Source of the DNA: Styela clava
Taxonomy: Eukaryota
DNA: 64,000 nucleotides
Reading direction: 5' to 3'
Assembly (NCBI RefSeq): GCF_964204865.1
Contig: NC_135253.1
Location: forward strand, 17,856,001 to 17,920,000
Numbering within the stretch: position 1 is the first letter of the stretch; each line of letters opens with the position of its first letter. Shown here one piece after another: positions 28,036 through 41,000 of this stretch. Under the pieces are notes generated by a model. That model saw nothing but the letters and a program-made list of their open reading frames with translations, ran no database searches and had not been told where the DNA came from. The position numbers and the translations under genes are program-made.

Positions 28036-28145
28036 GGACCTTCTGACGTATGCGTACCAAGATGGCGCACAACCTCAACTTAGGTTGTGTACCAGGTTGG
28101 GGTTCAGGTTGTGCGACATCTTGGTGCGCATACTTCAGGAGTACC
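28036..28145. mobile_element. Short fold-back MITE, same family as 11079
   Basis: Nearly entirely palindromic; perfect 8-bp TSD GAATATTT on both sides. Confidence 0.8.
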
Positions 28146-29065
28146 GAATATTTAGTAAAGTAAGACAGACAATTCTTAAGGTCACCGTGTTGTAAATATT
28201 GGCGGTAAATTTGCGTTTTATAAACCATATATAATTTCTTATCGATTTTAACGATGTGTAACACATTTTTTGATATTTAAATTTTCAAAAAAACAGCGCA
28301 TATTTTGTCCCTTTCGCGCGATCGATTATATTAATGAGGATTAAGATAAAATTAATATCACTTACACTAAAATTTACCACAGGTTATCGCCAAATCGAAA
28401 ATGTTGCTAAAAAAAAGCTTAACAATCACCGTCTGAGATCTCAGGAGTTAAATAGAAGTTAGGGTTAATTGCATTGACAGCTAGTTATGCATATGAATTA
28501 AAAAAACATGGTGATCAGCGTCGGACCGCTAAATTATTGGCTGATTTGGTCTTGCAGTATTTAGTGAATGATAAATAGAAATGGAAAAGGCTTATGTTCG
28601 GCTTGCTTTTTGGGGATCGCTACTTAGATTGTATCCTAGTTTCGAAGAATTTTAAATTAATTGGTCATTGAAATCAGTGGAAGAATCACGTGTGTGCTTA
28701 AAACAACAGCTTGACATAAACGCCATTTATCTTACTGACGGGGCTGTAATAGGTATAGTGCATTTAGCATTAAAAGAAAACTTACTATAGGTGAGGTGAA
28801 ATTCATAGATGATTGACATGCAACAAAGACTATCATGCATTATGCTGTAACAATCATAGCTGTAAGTTATCAACTTTTCATTTAAAAGAAAGACACACCG
28901 ACCTAAACACTTATGCGCCGGTAGCCGCCTCGGGTAAGCTAATTTAAATTGTCACTTGTAATTGTCGTTGATGTGACTTCTCAGTTGCCAGATTGAACAG
29001 GAATATTATATATTATCTCATGCAGTCTTTCTGTAATACAGTCGGTTATTCAACAACACGACAAA

Positions 29066-32000
29066 ATGCAAAGTATTGTCGCGTTGTTTTTGATTTACTG
29101 CGCTGGGGAAGCTTTAGCATTGAGGCGTGAATATTATATTGCAATGGAAGAAATAGTCTGGAGTTACAACGGTCCCGAATCCAGGTAACGATTAGGCTTG
29201 ATAGGCCGTTGCAATTATCAATAAAATAGAATCTCCTGATAATACACATCTAGCACCGAACCGTAATATGCTTGAGCGTCAAAATCCCGAGTAATCGATC
29301 AGAAATTGCGTTATTGAAGTAATTAATGCTGGACAAGACCTACGTACTTAGAAAATTGGTGTTTATTTAGTATATTAAGGAGAAAATATTTATTTTTGCT
29401 ACATTTGAATGAGTTTCAATCGCAGTAATTTGTTTACAAATTTTTCCGTTCATGAAATTTACTTCGAATTCTTCAGTCCATTCTTCAAGCGACCCGGGCC
29501 AACGAGGATTGGAGGAGACTTCAAAAAAGCAGTTTTTCGCCAATACACCGATTCAACATTCAGAACTCGAAGTCCGAGACCGAAGTCATTGGGATTATAT
29601 GGTCCTTTTATTAGAGCTGAGGTATGACTTTGATTTACAAGTGATTGGTTATAAAATACCTTTTCAATGTACAAAGAACGTCTTTGATTAAAACAATTTT
29701 TCTTTTGCGAAAAATGAATCGGCATCTTTATTTTAAGTTTTATTTCACTAGTAAGTTGTGCCCACACAACAATATAGCTGAAATTAGTATTTATATCCAG
29801 GTAAAAGACACAATAGTTGTTCACGCTTTTAACCGAGCCTCCCGACCATATAGCATTCATCCACATGGCGTTTTTTACAAGAAATCCAGTGAGGGAGCGT
29901 TGTACTCGGACAACACAACATCCTCAGATAAAGTCGATGACACGATTCCACCCGGAGGAAAACATAAATACATCTGGGAAGTTAGAGACGAGTATGTAAA
30001 GCTGAATTTATTGCTATAAATTAATATTAAAATCACTTTTACACTATAATATAGAAGGCAAGAAGAAGTTGATAGGACGTTATTTTGTGAGGGTGCATTT
30101 GTGGTAGTTAGGGACGATGGCATGGGTTGAATCGTTATGCTTGGCTATGTTGGAATCGAAGTTTCTACATCTTGACTTCAAATCCCATGTTCCCCATCTC
30201 ACCCAAAGTGTCGTAAAATACGTTTGAAGATTCCGGTTCGTCCAAATAAAAGCAGCTTCTTACACATCGTCATATATCTTGTGCTTGTTGTACATAGCTG
30301 TGTTTGGAGAGGAATGGGCGTGCCCATTTATGGCTAAAAATATTTAAAATTGCGATCTATATTCACTTAAATTTTATAGATATGCTCCCGGACCGGATGA
30401 TCCAAGCTGCCTCACTTGGGCTTATCATTCTCATGTTCACGCCTCAAGAGATCAGAATACTGGCTTAATCGGAACTCTACTCACATGCAAGAAAGGTATA
30501 ACCCATGTCGCGTGTAAAATCAAAAGTATGCCTAATTTTATCAAATCCGTCATGTTACTGTTATGATATAATGGGTTACTATGATATTTTACAATACCAT
30601 TTTTGAAAATTGAAACCTTTAACAAGCCCACCATTATGGCAAATTATTTTCTGGTGTCATTACATATTATTATATGTAGGCCAATACTTTTTCGATAAGC
30701 GTTGAAACTTAACTTCCGATATTGAAAATTGTCTGGTTCTTATTTTTGAGTTCCATAAACTAAATACCCAGATGGCAAATACCTCACAAAATTGATCACA
30801 AAAACCACAAATTACTTTTGTTTAAAACTATTGTCAAACTAATCCATATGATTTTTTAAATTTTGACTTTTTCAAATCTGAACTTGAAATCTGAATGTGT
30901 CTGTGATTAATTTGGTTAGGACAAAACCGAAACTCCTTTTTTTGCCATCAAATACTTCTTGGCTTGGATTGGCCATCGCCCCTACATAATTTTTTCTTAA
31001 TTTTTAAATTCTCATATTGCGTGGGGCGGGCGAGGCTGTAAATTAAATTGTATCTTGATTGACAGTGTTTACGCGACGGTTTCTATCAATTTGTTTATAT
31101 GAAATTACACTTTAGCCTTTAAGATATATATTGAATCAGAAAAGTATGATATATTTTTAACACAATTGATGCGAATATGGTTATTGAACAATTTGTTTTG
31201 TTATATTATGAATATAGTACATTACATGATACTTATATCAAAGATTACAAATTTAAATGTTAATGTTAGTAATTTATTCTTGTGGCGTGGTATTGTATCT
31301 CAAAGACAAATCTACGCTAAAATATACAGTTGATATAGACAAATATTTTTTACCCCAAATTGCTAGAGTTTCTTGAAAATTGCCCTCGTTCGTACAACAT
31401 TCAAATGGTCACATAGAGTTCAGGTTACATTTTAATCGACATTTAAATCTCGTTTAGCACTTACTCAAGTTCATGTTCATGTCAAATTATAACTAATTTT
31501 ATCTTACGCCCTCGGGTACGACTGTGCGACGGTCAAGTTTACTCTTTAAATAATCGTGACATTTCAACACACATTATCTCAGCTAAAAATCAATATTTCT
31601 AGACATTATGATTTTCAAAACATCTCATAATCAATTGTGTTACATATTTTACATGTCTACTATGTCCTATTTTATCCTTACAATGTCGAGCAATATAATA
31701 AAAAAAAAGTTAAAAATAGTTGTCTTGGAAAGTGGGAACACCTATTGATACTATAAAATATGATGATTTATCGTCCTCGTGAGATATTGGGCTATTTTGG
31801 ATACTTTTTACGCCTATTAAAAATAGTAGCATAAAACGAATATCATACACGATATATTCAAACTTGAGTTATTGAACACGAAATGTAAATATAGATCGTT
31901 ATATTATTATTATATTGTCGTTGTTGTTCTTCTTGTTGTTGGTATTTTTTGATCGCCTGCAATGGCTAGGACGATCTACAAGTGAAACTGACCGTTTTTC

Positions 32001-35000
32001 TTTAGTGCCAAATGACTTTGTTACGATCATTATGCAGTGATGATAATGATAATAAATTCAACAGTAAATGGTCCGTGAAAATTAGAAATTTACAGAAAAA
32101 AAGTACTTGACTTTAATAAATATTTTTAAGTCTGTATATTTGTTTTCAAATTCAGGAACATTGACATCCGCGGGACATCGTACTGATGTAGATCGTGAAT
32201 TTGCTGCCATTGTTTTTATTATTGACGAAAATGAAAGTTGGTACATTGACGAAAATATTAAGGCAAGAAGATAATTCAGTATTAATATGTTCAAATTATA
32301 AGTTTCATTCGAGCTTTACATGTTAATGCAATAAAACAGGAGGACTGCATCATACACATGTTTTATGAAGTTCATACATAACTTCAAAAATTTATATGCT
32401 TATGATCAAATAGACGAAGTATTACGACGAAGTTGTGTTTCCATTCAATTTTTATTTTTGTGCAAACAATCAAATCAATTTAGTTAATAACTGTTTTAGC
32501 TTCGCGTTCAAGGACCTTTACTAAGGATAATATTTAATTGTATTTTCTGAAGCCTGTTCTGAGAAGGTGATACCTAAACCTTTTTTCACGGAACCTATCA
32601 CATGAAAACATTGCCCAAACTTTTATCGTGATATTTCTAACCAATCTTTTTATTCGAATTTTCAGAATTACACTTTGCAACCAGATAGTGTGGATAAAAA
32701 AGATCCAGATTTTATTGAAAGCAATTTGTTCTATTCTGTGAATGGACATACTTTTCTAACACTTTCGACTGAAATGTGCAAGGGTGATTTGGTGCACTGG
32801 CATATTATTGGAATGGGATCAGATCTACATACAATGCAATTCACTGGGAATTCGGTAATATAATGTACTGCTTATAACTCTAATTATACGTTGCGCAACT
32901 GTTGCTGAATCCCACCTGTAGAGTCACATTGTAATACGTAACATAATATCAATTGAATACATGTATGATAATATTATATGATTACGAAGTCTTAGCAAGC
33001 TCAAGATTTCTACCTTTGGTGCCAATAATGTTTATTCAGATAGAGCTCTTTGACATACAAACTTAAACAAATAATGTCATGGCTTTTTGAGTGATTAAAG
33101 TTTATTGAGTTCCTCTGAGTATGGTCAAAAGCACTGACTCGATTGTGTAAGTGCAAGAAATATGATATCGCTAAATGTTATGGGTTTAACCGCGATTTGA
33201 ATATAAATTAAAATAGATGATACTTTATAATCTCCACGAAATTCGGATAGTTTGATTTGGTCTTGTATAGGAACAACGATATAACAAGATGATTGTTTTC
33301 GTTATGCTAATTCTGCCACATTTCGATAATTTTTGATTGCCGCAGACAGTCTATTTCAATAGAGAGAATGAAATTTCAGCGGCGTCGTTTCAAATGTTGG
33401 AAATTTTTTTCATCAGGTGATAATCAATGGACATCGCGAAGATACTGCGACTTTGTTCCCGGCAACATTTACGACAGCAATTATGAGACCCGATAATCCT
33501 GGCAAATGGCTTTTTGGATGTCACGTGTCACACCATGCTTCCGGCGGTAAGTTTTATTGGACACGTCAGTGGACATAACGATCGTTTCAATATTATGTTG
33601 TTGTTCTTATTCTTGTTCTTTGACACGTTATGAAAAAGTCGCTTTTCTCTCTGATTACTGGGCCAATTGCTTTGAAATTTTTAATGAATAAAGATTATAT
33701 TTTTCACTCGGAGGCTATTACTTTTTTTTTGCTATGACGCCATTAAAATTGGCCACTATGTGGCGCTACGTGTCTATATATTTGAGCATAGCTCTCTTGT
33801 TTCCACCAAGGCTTCTGTAATTGTTATATTCGTGAGAAGAATTACGTTTCTGCATATTTGCGACATCTCGAGTATATATTTAAATTTTATGGACATTCGG
33901 AATACACATCAGTTCAAGATATTTGTAGTTTATTTTAGCGGACATGCCAGGTATATGTCGAAAAAGTGTCAATACAGAGCAATTCTTTTCATTTTATATT
34001 CTTTGGTGTCCGATTCAAAAGGGTTTACAATTATTTTAGGAATGGTGATGGGATATAAAGTGCACGATAAGTGTGGACCTTCATTTGGAGCAGAATTTGG
34101 AAAAGGCTTAGGAAGTGTTGGCGACACCATTCGGACATATTATGTCGCAGCAGAAGAAGTGGAATGGAATTATGCACCAACTGGAATGAATATGTTCAGA
34201 CAAAAACCAATTGCAGAAGATGGACAGTAAGATACCAACTTGTAGTATAATCATAAAAATACCGCATTATCGTGTTAATCCTGGGTTATCTAACAAATTA
34301 CTTTTTGTTGAGGGATCGGGACTTTGAGTTCAAAAATTCTGAACTGACCCATACGTAGTTATGATCTAAAACCGCAGCAAAACCGATTTAAATTCTTTCA
34401 GGTACAGTCATGAATATTTTAGGAAAGGCCCAGATAGAATAGGAGGAATCTATATCAAGGCGGTTTATAAAGAATACACTGATGATACATTTCAAGTAGA
34501 AATGGAACGTGATCCTGTAATGGGAATCCTTGGTCCTGTTATTTATGCCGAAGTTGGGGAAACAATACATGTTGTATTTAAAAACAAGGCTAATCGGGTG
34601 AGAATGCCAACACATATTATGTTGTTTTATTAATTATATGAATTTTGAATTGAGTTTATCTGATCTGAATTTAGCTAAACGATTTACATGGTAACTTGGT
34701 AATCAATATTTTCAATCGTTTTGTACACAGGTCTATGAGATTGAACCACACGGGGTTTTCTTCAATAGCACAGTAAAAGTTGAACCAGGAAAGACTCACA
34801 CATACATATGGTAAGTATAATTATTTATAAATAATTTTTTTGTTGTATACGGAATTGTTGTTTTTAAAATGGAAAACCATTAAAGTAACTGTTCTATAGA
34901 GAACAAATTTAGTAACTTGAAGTTGCTGTAGGTCTGATACATTTTACTGATTCCCCCAGGCCTGTACCAGACAGAGTATCGCCACTCGAAAAAGATGACA

Positions 35001-38000
35001 ACTGTGTTACACATGCGTATGCGTCAATGGCCACTATCGATGTTGACCAACATACCGGATTGGTCGGCCCCATCGTGATTTGCAAAAGAGGTAAAGAAAA
35101 TTGATATCACAATTGTTGATATACTCATCGCAACTTATCGCAAATAGAATATTTCAGATTTATTATTTTATATTGTGGAGTGATTTTCTTCTTTTAATAG
35201 TCTTGATTTTCAATTATATAAAAATTCTTATTCTAAGGAAAATCGTAGATAATTTGATATATGATTTTTAGCATCGATATAAACTTTGGAAAACGCTGTT
35301 GAAATCGCATCTATTCACAACTGTCATTTATTTAAACAAAACAATTACACTTTAGTATTACCATAATTGTATGATGTTTATCATGTAATACTTCCCGCAT
35401 TCATTATTGGCAAGTTTTTTCAAAACTGCCCATTTAAATACATGTACATGCTATTCATTTTGAAGTGGTAACTGAAAGGCATATCCGTTTCATAGGAATT
35501 TTATCACATTACCAATCATTCTATTGTTTCGTGCGTTTTTTCTAGTTTATTATTAAAACCTGTTCTTTCTTTAAATGTGAATGATACCGTGACTGGTGTA
35601 GTTTATCATACCAAAAACAGTTTGGGATCAATATCCGTGAAATGCTATCACAGGTATGTTAGCAGACGAAATGAAGAAAACAGTATATTACATGTTGTTG
35701 GCAACGTTTGACGAAAACGAGAGCCCGTATCTACAACAAAATATTGATGCTTTCGCTGGAGATCCTTCATCGGTTGATAAAGATGATGAAGATTTCAAGG
35801 AATCAAATAGAATGAGATGTGAGTATTAAAAATAGATTACAAGTCAATTGCTGATTTGATACTAGACACCGTCGGTGTTGTAAGAATGATCTTGGTAACT
35901 TAACAAAGTAATTTATATTAAAGTCATAGCCATAGTCAACGTCGGCATAGTGCTCCGTTGTGGGAAGCGCATGTGGCACAACGTCATTTCATTACTTTAG
36001 TGAAATAGTCTTCAATGGAAATTGAAAAATGATGCTGTATCTTTTCAACGGAAATTAAAGAAAAAATGATAAATTATTGTGAAATTGGAAGATCTTCAGA
36101 ATTCCATGTTTTGTTTTATCAGCGATTAATGGTTTGACGTTTGGGAATATTCTTGGAGTGCAGTTGTGCACTGAACAGTATACCGATATTCGTTTATTTT
36201 CTATTGGTTCTGATCTGAATAACCATGCCTTCATATTGGACGGAGCTGCAATGAAAACTAGGTGATTTTATCTTAATTCGTATCTCAAATAAAAAAAACT
36301 TTTTGGAATTTTGGAATGAGTTTTTGTTCGTATAGAAATCGTCTCTAAAACGATAAATAGAAATGAAATATAACACAATGGGGTCTCCGTTTGAAGTTTG
36401 ATGATATCCGGTGACGCATACTTAGTATTTAGATATATGTATTTTGATTGGTTATGGAACAAGTTTCCCTTGTTTTGGTATCGTAGCTTTTGGATGGACT
36501 ATTTTTTTTATATATTCAAATCCATTCTTGTGTTTAAGAAATGAATACACGGGCATGGCTGGAGTATTCCCTCACGTAATCACAACGGTAAGTGTATACC
36601 CCTATGAACCTGGTGTAACGTTGTATGGATGTCACGTATCAAACCACGGAAAAGGAATGCTCGGTTTTTATGAGGTAACCTACATCCTACATACATTCCT
36701 AATTGTTGTTAGAATTCTTTTTCATTTTTGTTGTTTAGAAAGAGAGCTTTTCTCGTTATCTAGTAGACGAATTGCTTTGATTTTTCATTGATAAAAGATT
36801 GTAGAGTGTTGTTACTTTTACTTGTTTTGAAAAACTCTGTTGGCTCTATGGGATTTTTTTAGTTATTCTCTGTTTAAGATTGCAGATGATAGCTGAATAA
36901 ACATAAACATAGCCTAATATTACTACTACAACTGCTGCATAATGTGCATATGGATATAATCTCTGCTTGACAACTTCAGCCTCATTTCTTCGATTGTGCA
37001 GTGTGGTGCAAAGGGAAGCCAGAAAGATGGACACTCCAAATAAGCCTGTCCCTCCCAAGCGCAAAAGTCCCACCAATCGACCAATGCGTAATACTGCCAC
37101 GATGACCAACACAATTGAGGTTGATGATGTTAGTAACCTAGTGACTATCCTTGAAAGTACTGTTCTCAAAACCCTTCGTCTCGAAATTCCTGCCATCATC
37201 GAGCAACATCTTGAGAAATTTACTTTCGACACATCCCATGCCATAACCAACAATACCAGCGTTGATGAATCATTGTCATCTCTAAAAGAGTCGTTGAACG
37301 AGATTAAAAATGAAGTAACATCTTTCAGTGAAATCAAAAGAGAAATTCACGAAATCAAAAAAAGCCAAGATTTTGTGTCGAAAAAATTTGAAGAGCTTAA
37401 TTTCAACCAAAGCGAGCTCACAAAACTAGCTACGAAGACTCAAAAAAGAGTAAAAGTATTGGAACACCTTGTAGAAGAACTAGAAGAAGAAGTCGATATA
37501 TTAACAGAACGGCAGCAAGACCAAGAACGCCGTTCCAGACTGGATAATTTAGAATTTCATAATATTCCCTTTGCTGCTGGAGAAAACTGTGAACAGTTAA
37601 TATCAACGTTATGTAGCAAAATTGATGTCCCCTTACAATCCCTAGACGTCTCAAATTGCCACCGACTATCTAAAAACAACATTAAAAAACCATCTCCAAT
37701 AATAGCTAAATTTGTGAACAGAAAAACCAGAAATCGGATACTAACAAATCGTCGCAGACTGAAATCTCTGGACTTTTCGACTGTTTTTCCAAAACTTCCC
37801 AGAGCCACAAAAGTCTTTGTTGTTGAAAATCTTTCAGATACCAACAAAGATTTGTTCTTCAAAGCTAGAGAAAGGAAACATTCCTGTGGCTACAAATTTC
37901 TATGGACAAATAATGGCAAAGTCCTGATAAAAAAGAATGCTGACACATCCACCATCCCAATCCTTAATGAAGATGATCTGCTCTTAATAAAGTAGGTCAT

Positions 38001-41000
38001 TATTTACATATTTGCATTTCTGTAAGTTAGTTTTCCAACTTTTATGGCTTATTTTCATCCCCAAAAGTGTCAATGTTTGATTTGTGTGATAATGTAAAAG
38101 CTAAGGGTATTACCAGTTTGAAACATTGTAAAGAATTCAGTAATTGCCTGTGTAAAAACATTGAAGTATCCAATTTGAATGATATTCCGGTCGATTCTAA
38201 CTTAACTATTATCCATGTTAATATTCGCTCCATTCAAAAAAATATTGAACAACTAACATTACTGCTGTCCAATTTCTCTATTTCTCCACATATTATAGCC
38301 ATAAGTGAAACGAAATTGCATAAAAACCATCCTGCAAATGTAAGCATTGATGGGTATAGATTTATCCATGTCCCTTCTGCCTCTAAATCTGGCGGTGTAG
38401 GTGCATTCATCAGAAATGATATTATGTTCGCAGAATCCTCCGAAAATCAACTAAATTATTCTAACTGTGAAGATCTCTGGCTTGAAATTAGCTTGGCTAA
38501 CATAGGCATTAAATTGAACATTGGCATTATTTACAAACACCCTAAAAATGATATACCTGCTTTCACAAGCATCTTAGAAAACCGCCTTGCGAAATTAGCT
38601 AGGGAGCATTTTATAATAGTTGGTGACTTTAATATCAATTTACTTGCAACATCGAGTAGTTCTCAAATCACCAACTATTCTAATATGCTTATTGCTCATA
38701 ACTCTACCTCACTTATTACGAAACCGACCAGGGTTACACAAACATCATCCACCCTCATTGATCACATCTATTCCAATGTGACGCATTATAATTTAAATTC
38801 TTATGTTATAACATCTGACATTACAGATCATTTCCCTATCATGTGCTGTTTCAGTGGGGCCAAACCATCTGTTAGAAATGATCTCATAATAACAAGGGAT
38901 ATGTCTGCTTTTTCCATCCAAGATTTTCATTCAGACACTCTAAGCTTGATAAATGATTGTTTTCATGCACTTTATTTGACTTCCCAAAATTTTGACAGAA
39001 AATTTGAAGAATTCACACAATCTTTTATAAGTTTAATCAATCATCATGCCCCTTTGAGACCACTATCACGTCGTAAAAAAATAGTAAAACTCAAACCTTG
39101 GATAACGAAAGGCTTGCTTAAAAGTATTCACCTGAAAAATAAGTTGTTCAAGTCGCATTTTCTTAAAGGCAACAGTATACAATGCTCTTACTTTAAAAAG
39201 TATCGTAACATACTGACACATGCTATTGATAATTCAAAACAATTACACTATCAAAATCTTATTGCCCAAAACAAAGGGAATCCCAAATCTACGTGGCGAA
39301 TTATTAATCAAATTGCAAACACTAAAAATAATGCAAAGCAAAAAATCGATGTAATTCATCTGGAAAATGGCACTATTATCAATGATAATCATCAGATTGC
39401 TCTAGAATTCAATAAGTATTTTTCCACTGTTGGATCCAACCTTGCAGATAAGTTCTGTAATGACATGGATGGCTTTAAAAAGTATCTTGGTAAACAAGTT
39501 AACCAATCCATATTCTTAAGTCCAGCGACGGTGAACGAATTAACAATAGAACTTGCAACCCTAAAGGAGGGGAAGGCGGTGGGAGCTGACAGCATTCCCA
39601 GTCGTTTTCTCAAGTATGTTGCTGATATAATAGCGCCATGTCTGACAGACTTCTTTAATAGCTCGCTTCGATTCGGAATTTTTCCATCCTCGTTGAAAAT
39701 CGCCAGAGTGATTCCAATCTTTAAATCTGGCAATACAAAACAAATATCAAATTATAGACCTATTTCGATACTATCCGCTATTGACAAAGTATTCGAGCGC
39801 CTAATCAATAGAAGGTTAATGAACTTTTTTACAAAGCACAATGTAATAAATAAATCACAGTTCGGTTTTCAAAGCAATCATTCTACTTCACATGCGATTC
39901 TAGATACAATATCTCATATCTACGAAAAATTAGAGAAGAAGGAATATGTCAGTGCAACATTTTTAGATCTCAAGAAAGCTTTTGATACCGTCAATCATCA
40001 AATTTTAATATACAAGCTGTGGCATTATGGAATTAGAGGAGTACCAAACCAACTCCTGGCTAATTACTTAACCAATAGAACGCAATATGTTCAAATAGGC
40101 TCACATTGTTCCCCTTCTTTGCCTGTGACCCACGGGGTCCCCCAGGGGTCTTGTTTGGGCCCGACTCTTTTTTTAATCTACATCAATGACCTTGCTCACA
40201 GCTCAACATTATTCTCAAAATTGTTCGCTGATGATACCAACCTTCTAGATAGTGACAAGTCCCCCGGTGTTCTTCAGTCCAGAGTGAACACTGAAATTAG
40301 GAAAGTTGCGAATTGGATGAAACTCAATAAATTAACTTTGAATGTAGACAAATCAAAAACTATGCTATTAGCTCCCCACAAATCCAAGCCAAAGACAGCT
40401 TTAAAAATTAAGATTGAAAGTACTATTCTTGAAAATGTTAGCTCATATAAATATCTCGGCATTCACATTGACAACAAAATGCAGTGGAACATTCAAATAA
40501 CAAACACTGCTGTTAAATTATCTAGGGCGGTAGGAATGCTATATCGGCTTAGATCTTATACTTCAATGTCTACTTTACGCATGGTATATCACGCCTTGTT
40601 TCAGTCTTATTTGCAGTATGGTATTATAGCTTGGGGTTCCGCTAACAAAACCTTGTTAAATCGCATCGTAATTATACAAAATAGAGCTATCCGTGCCATT
40701 ACTTATGCTGGTCCAAGGTCGAGACTAGACCCCCTGTACCATAAAATGCGAATAATCAAAATGGCTGATATTTATAAAATTGAGGTTTTAAAACTGATGC
40801 ACCAACATCATAATAATAAACTTCCATCGGCTTTTACTGACTATTTTGTTAAACAAATGAGCGTCCACACCTATGCAACTCGTTCAGCTGCCAATAGTTC
40901 TTACTATGTGCCTCGCTATGCTACCAATCGTTCGCAAAGCACTATCAAATACATGGGTGTAAAACTATGGAACACGCTTACTGATTCGATTCGTTTGAAA

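Noticed and set aside
26899-28264. Several short ORFs between MCO copies A and B
   Set aside because: No recognisable domains or consistent splice chain; two overlap a palindromic MITE.
36846-40462. Minus-strand ORFs within the LINE
   Set aside because: Antisense shadows of ORF1 and ORF2.
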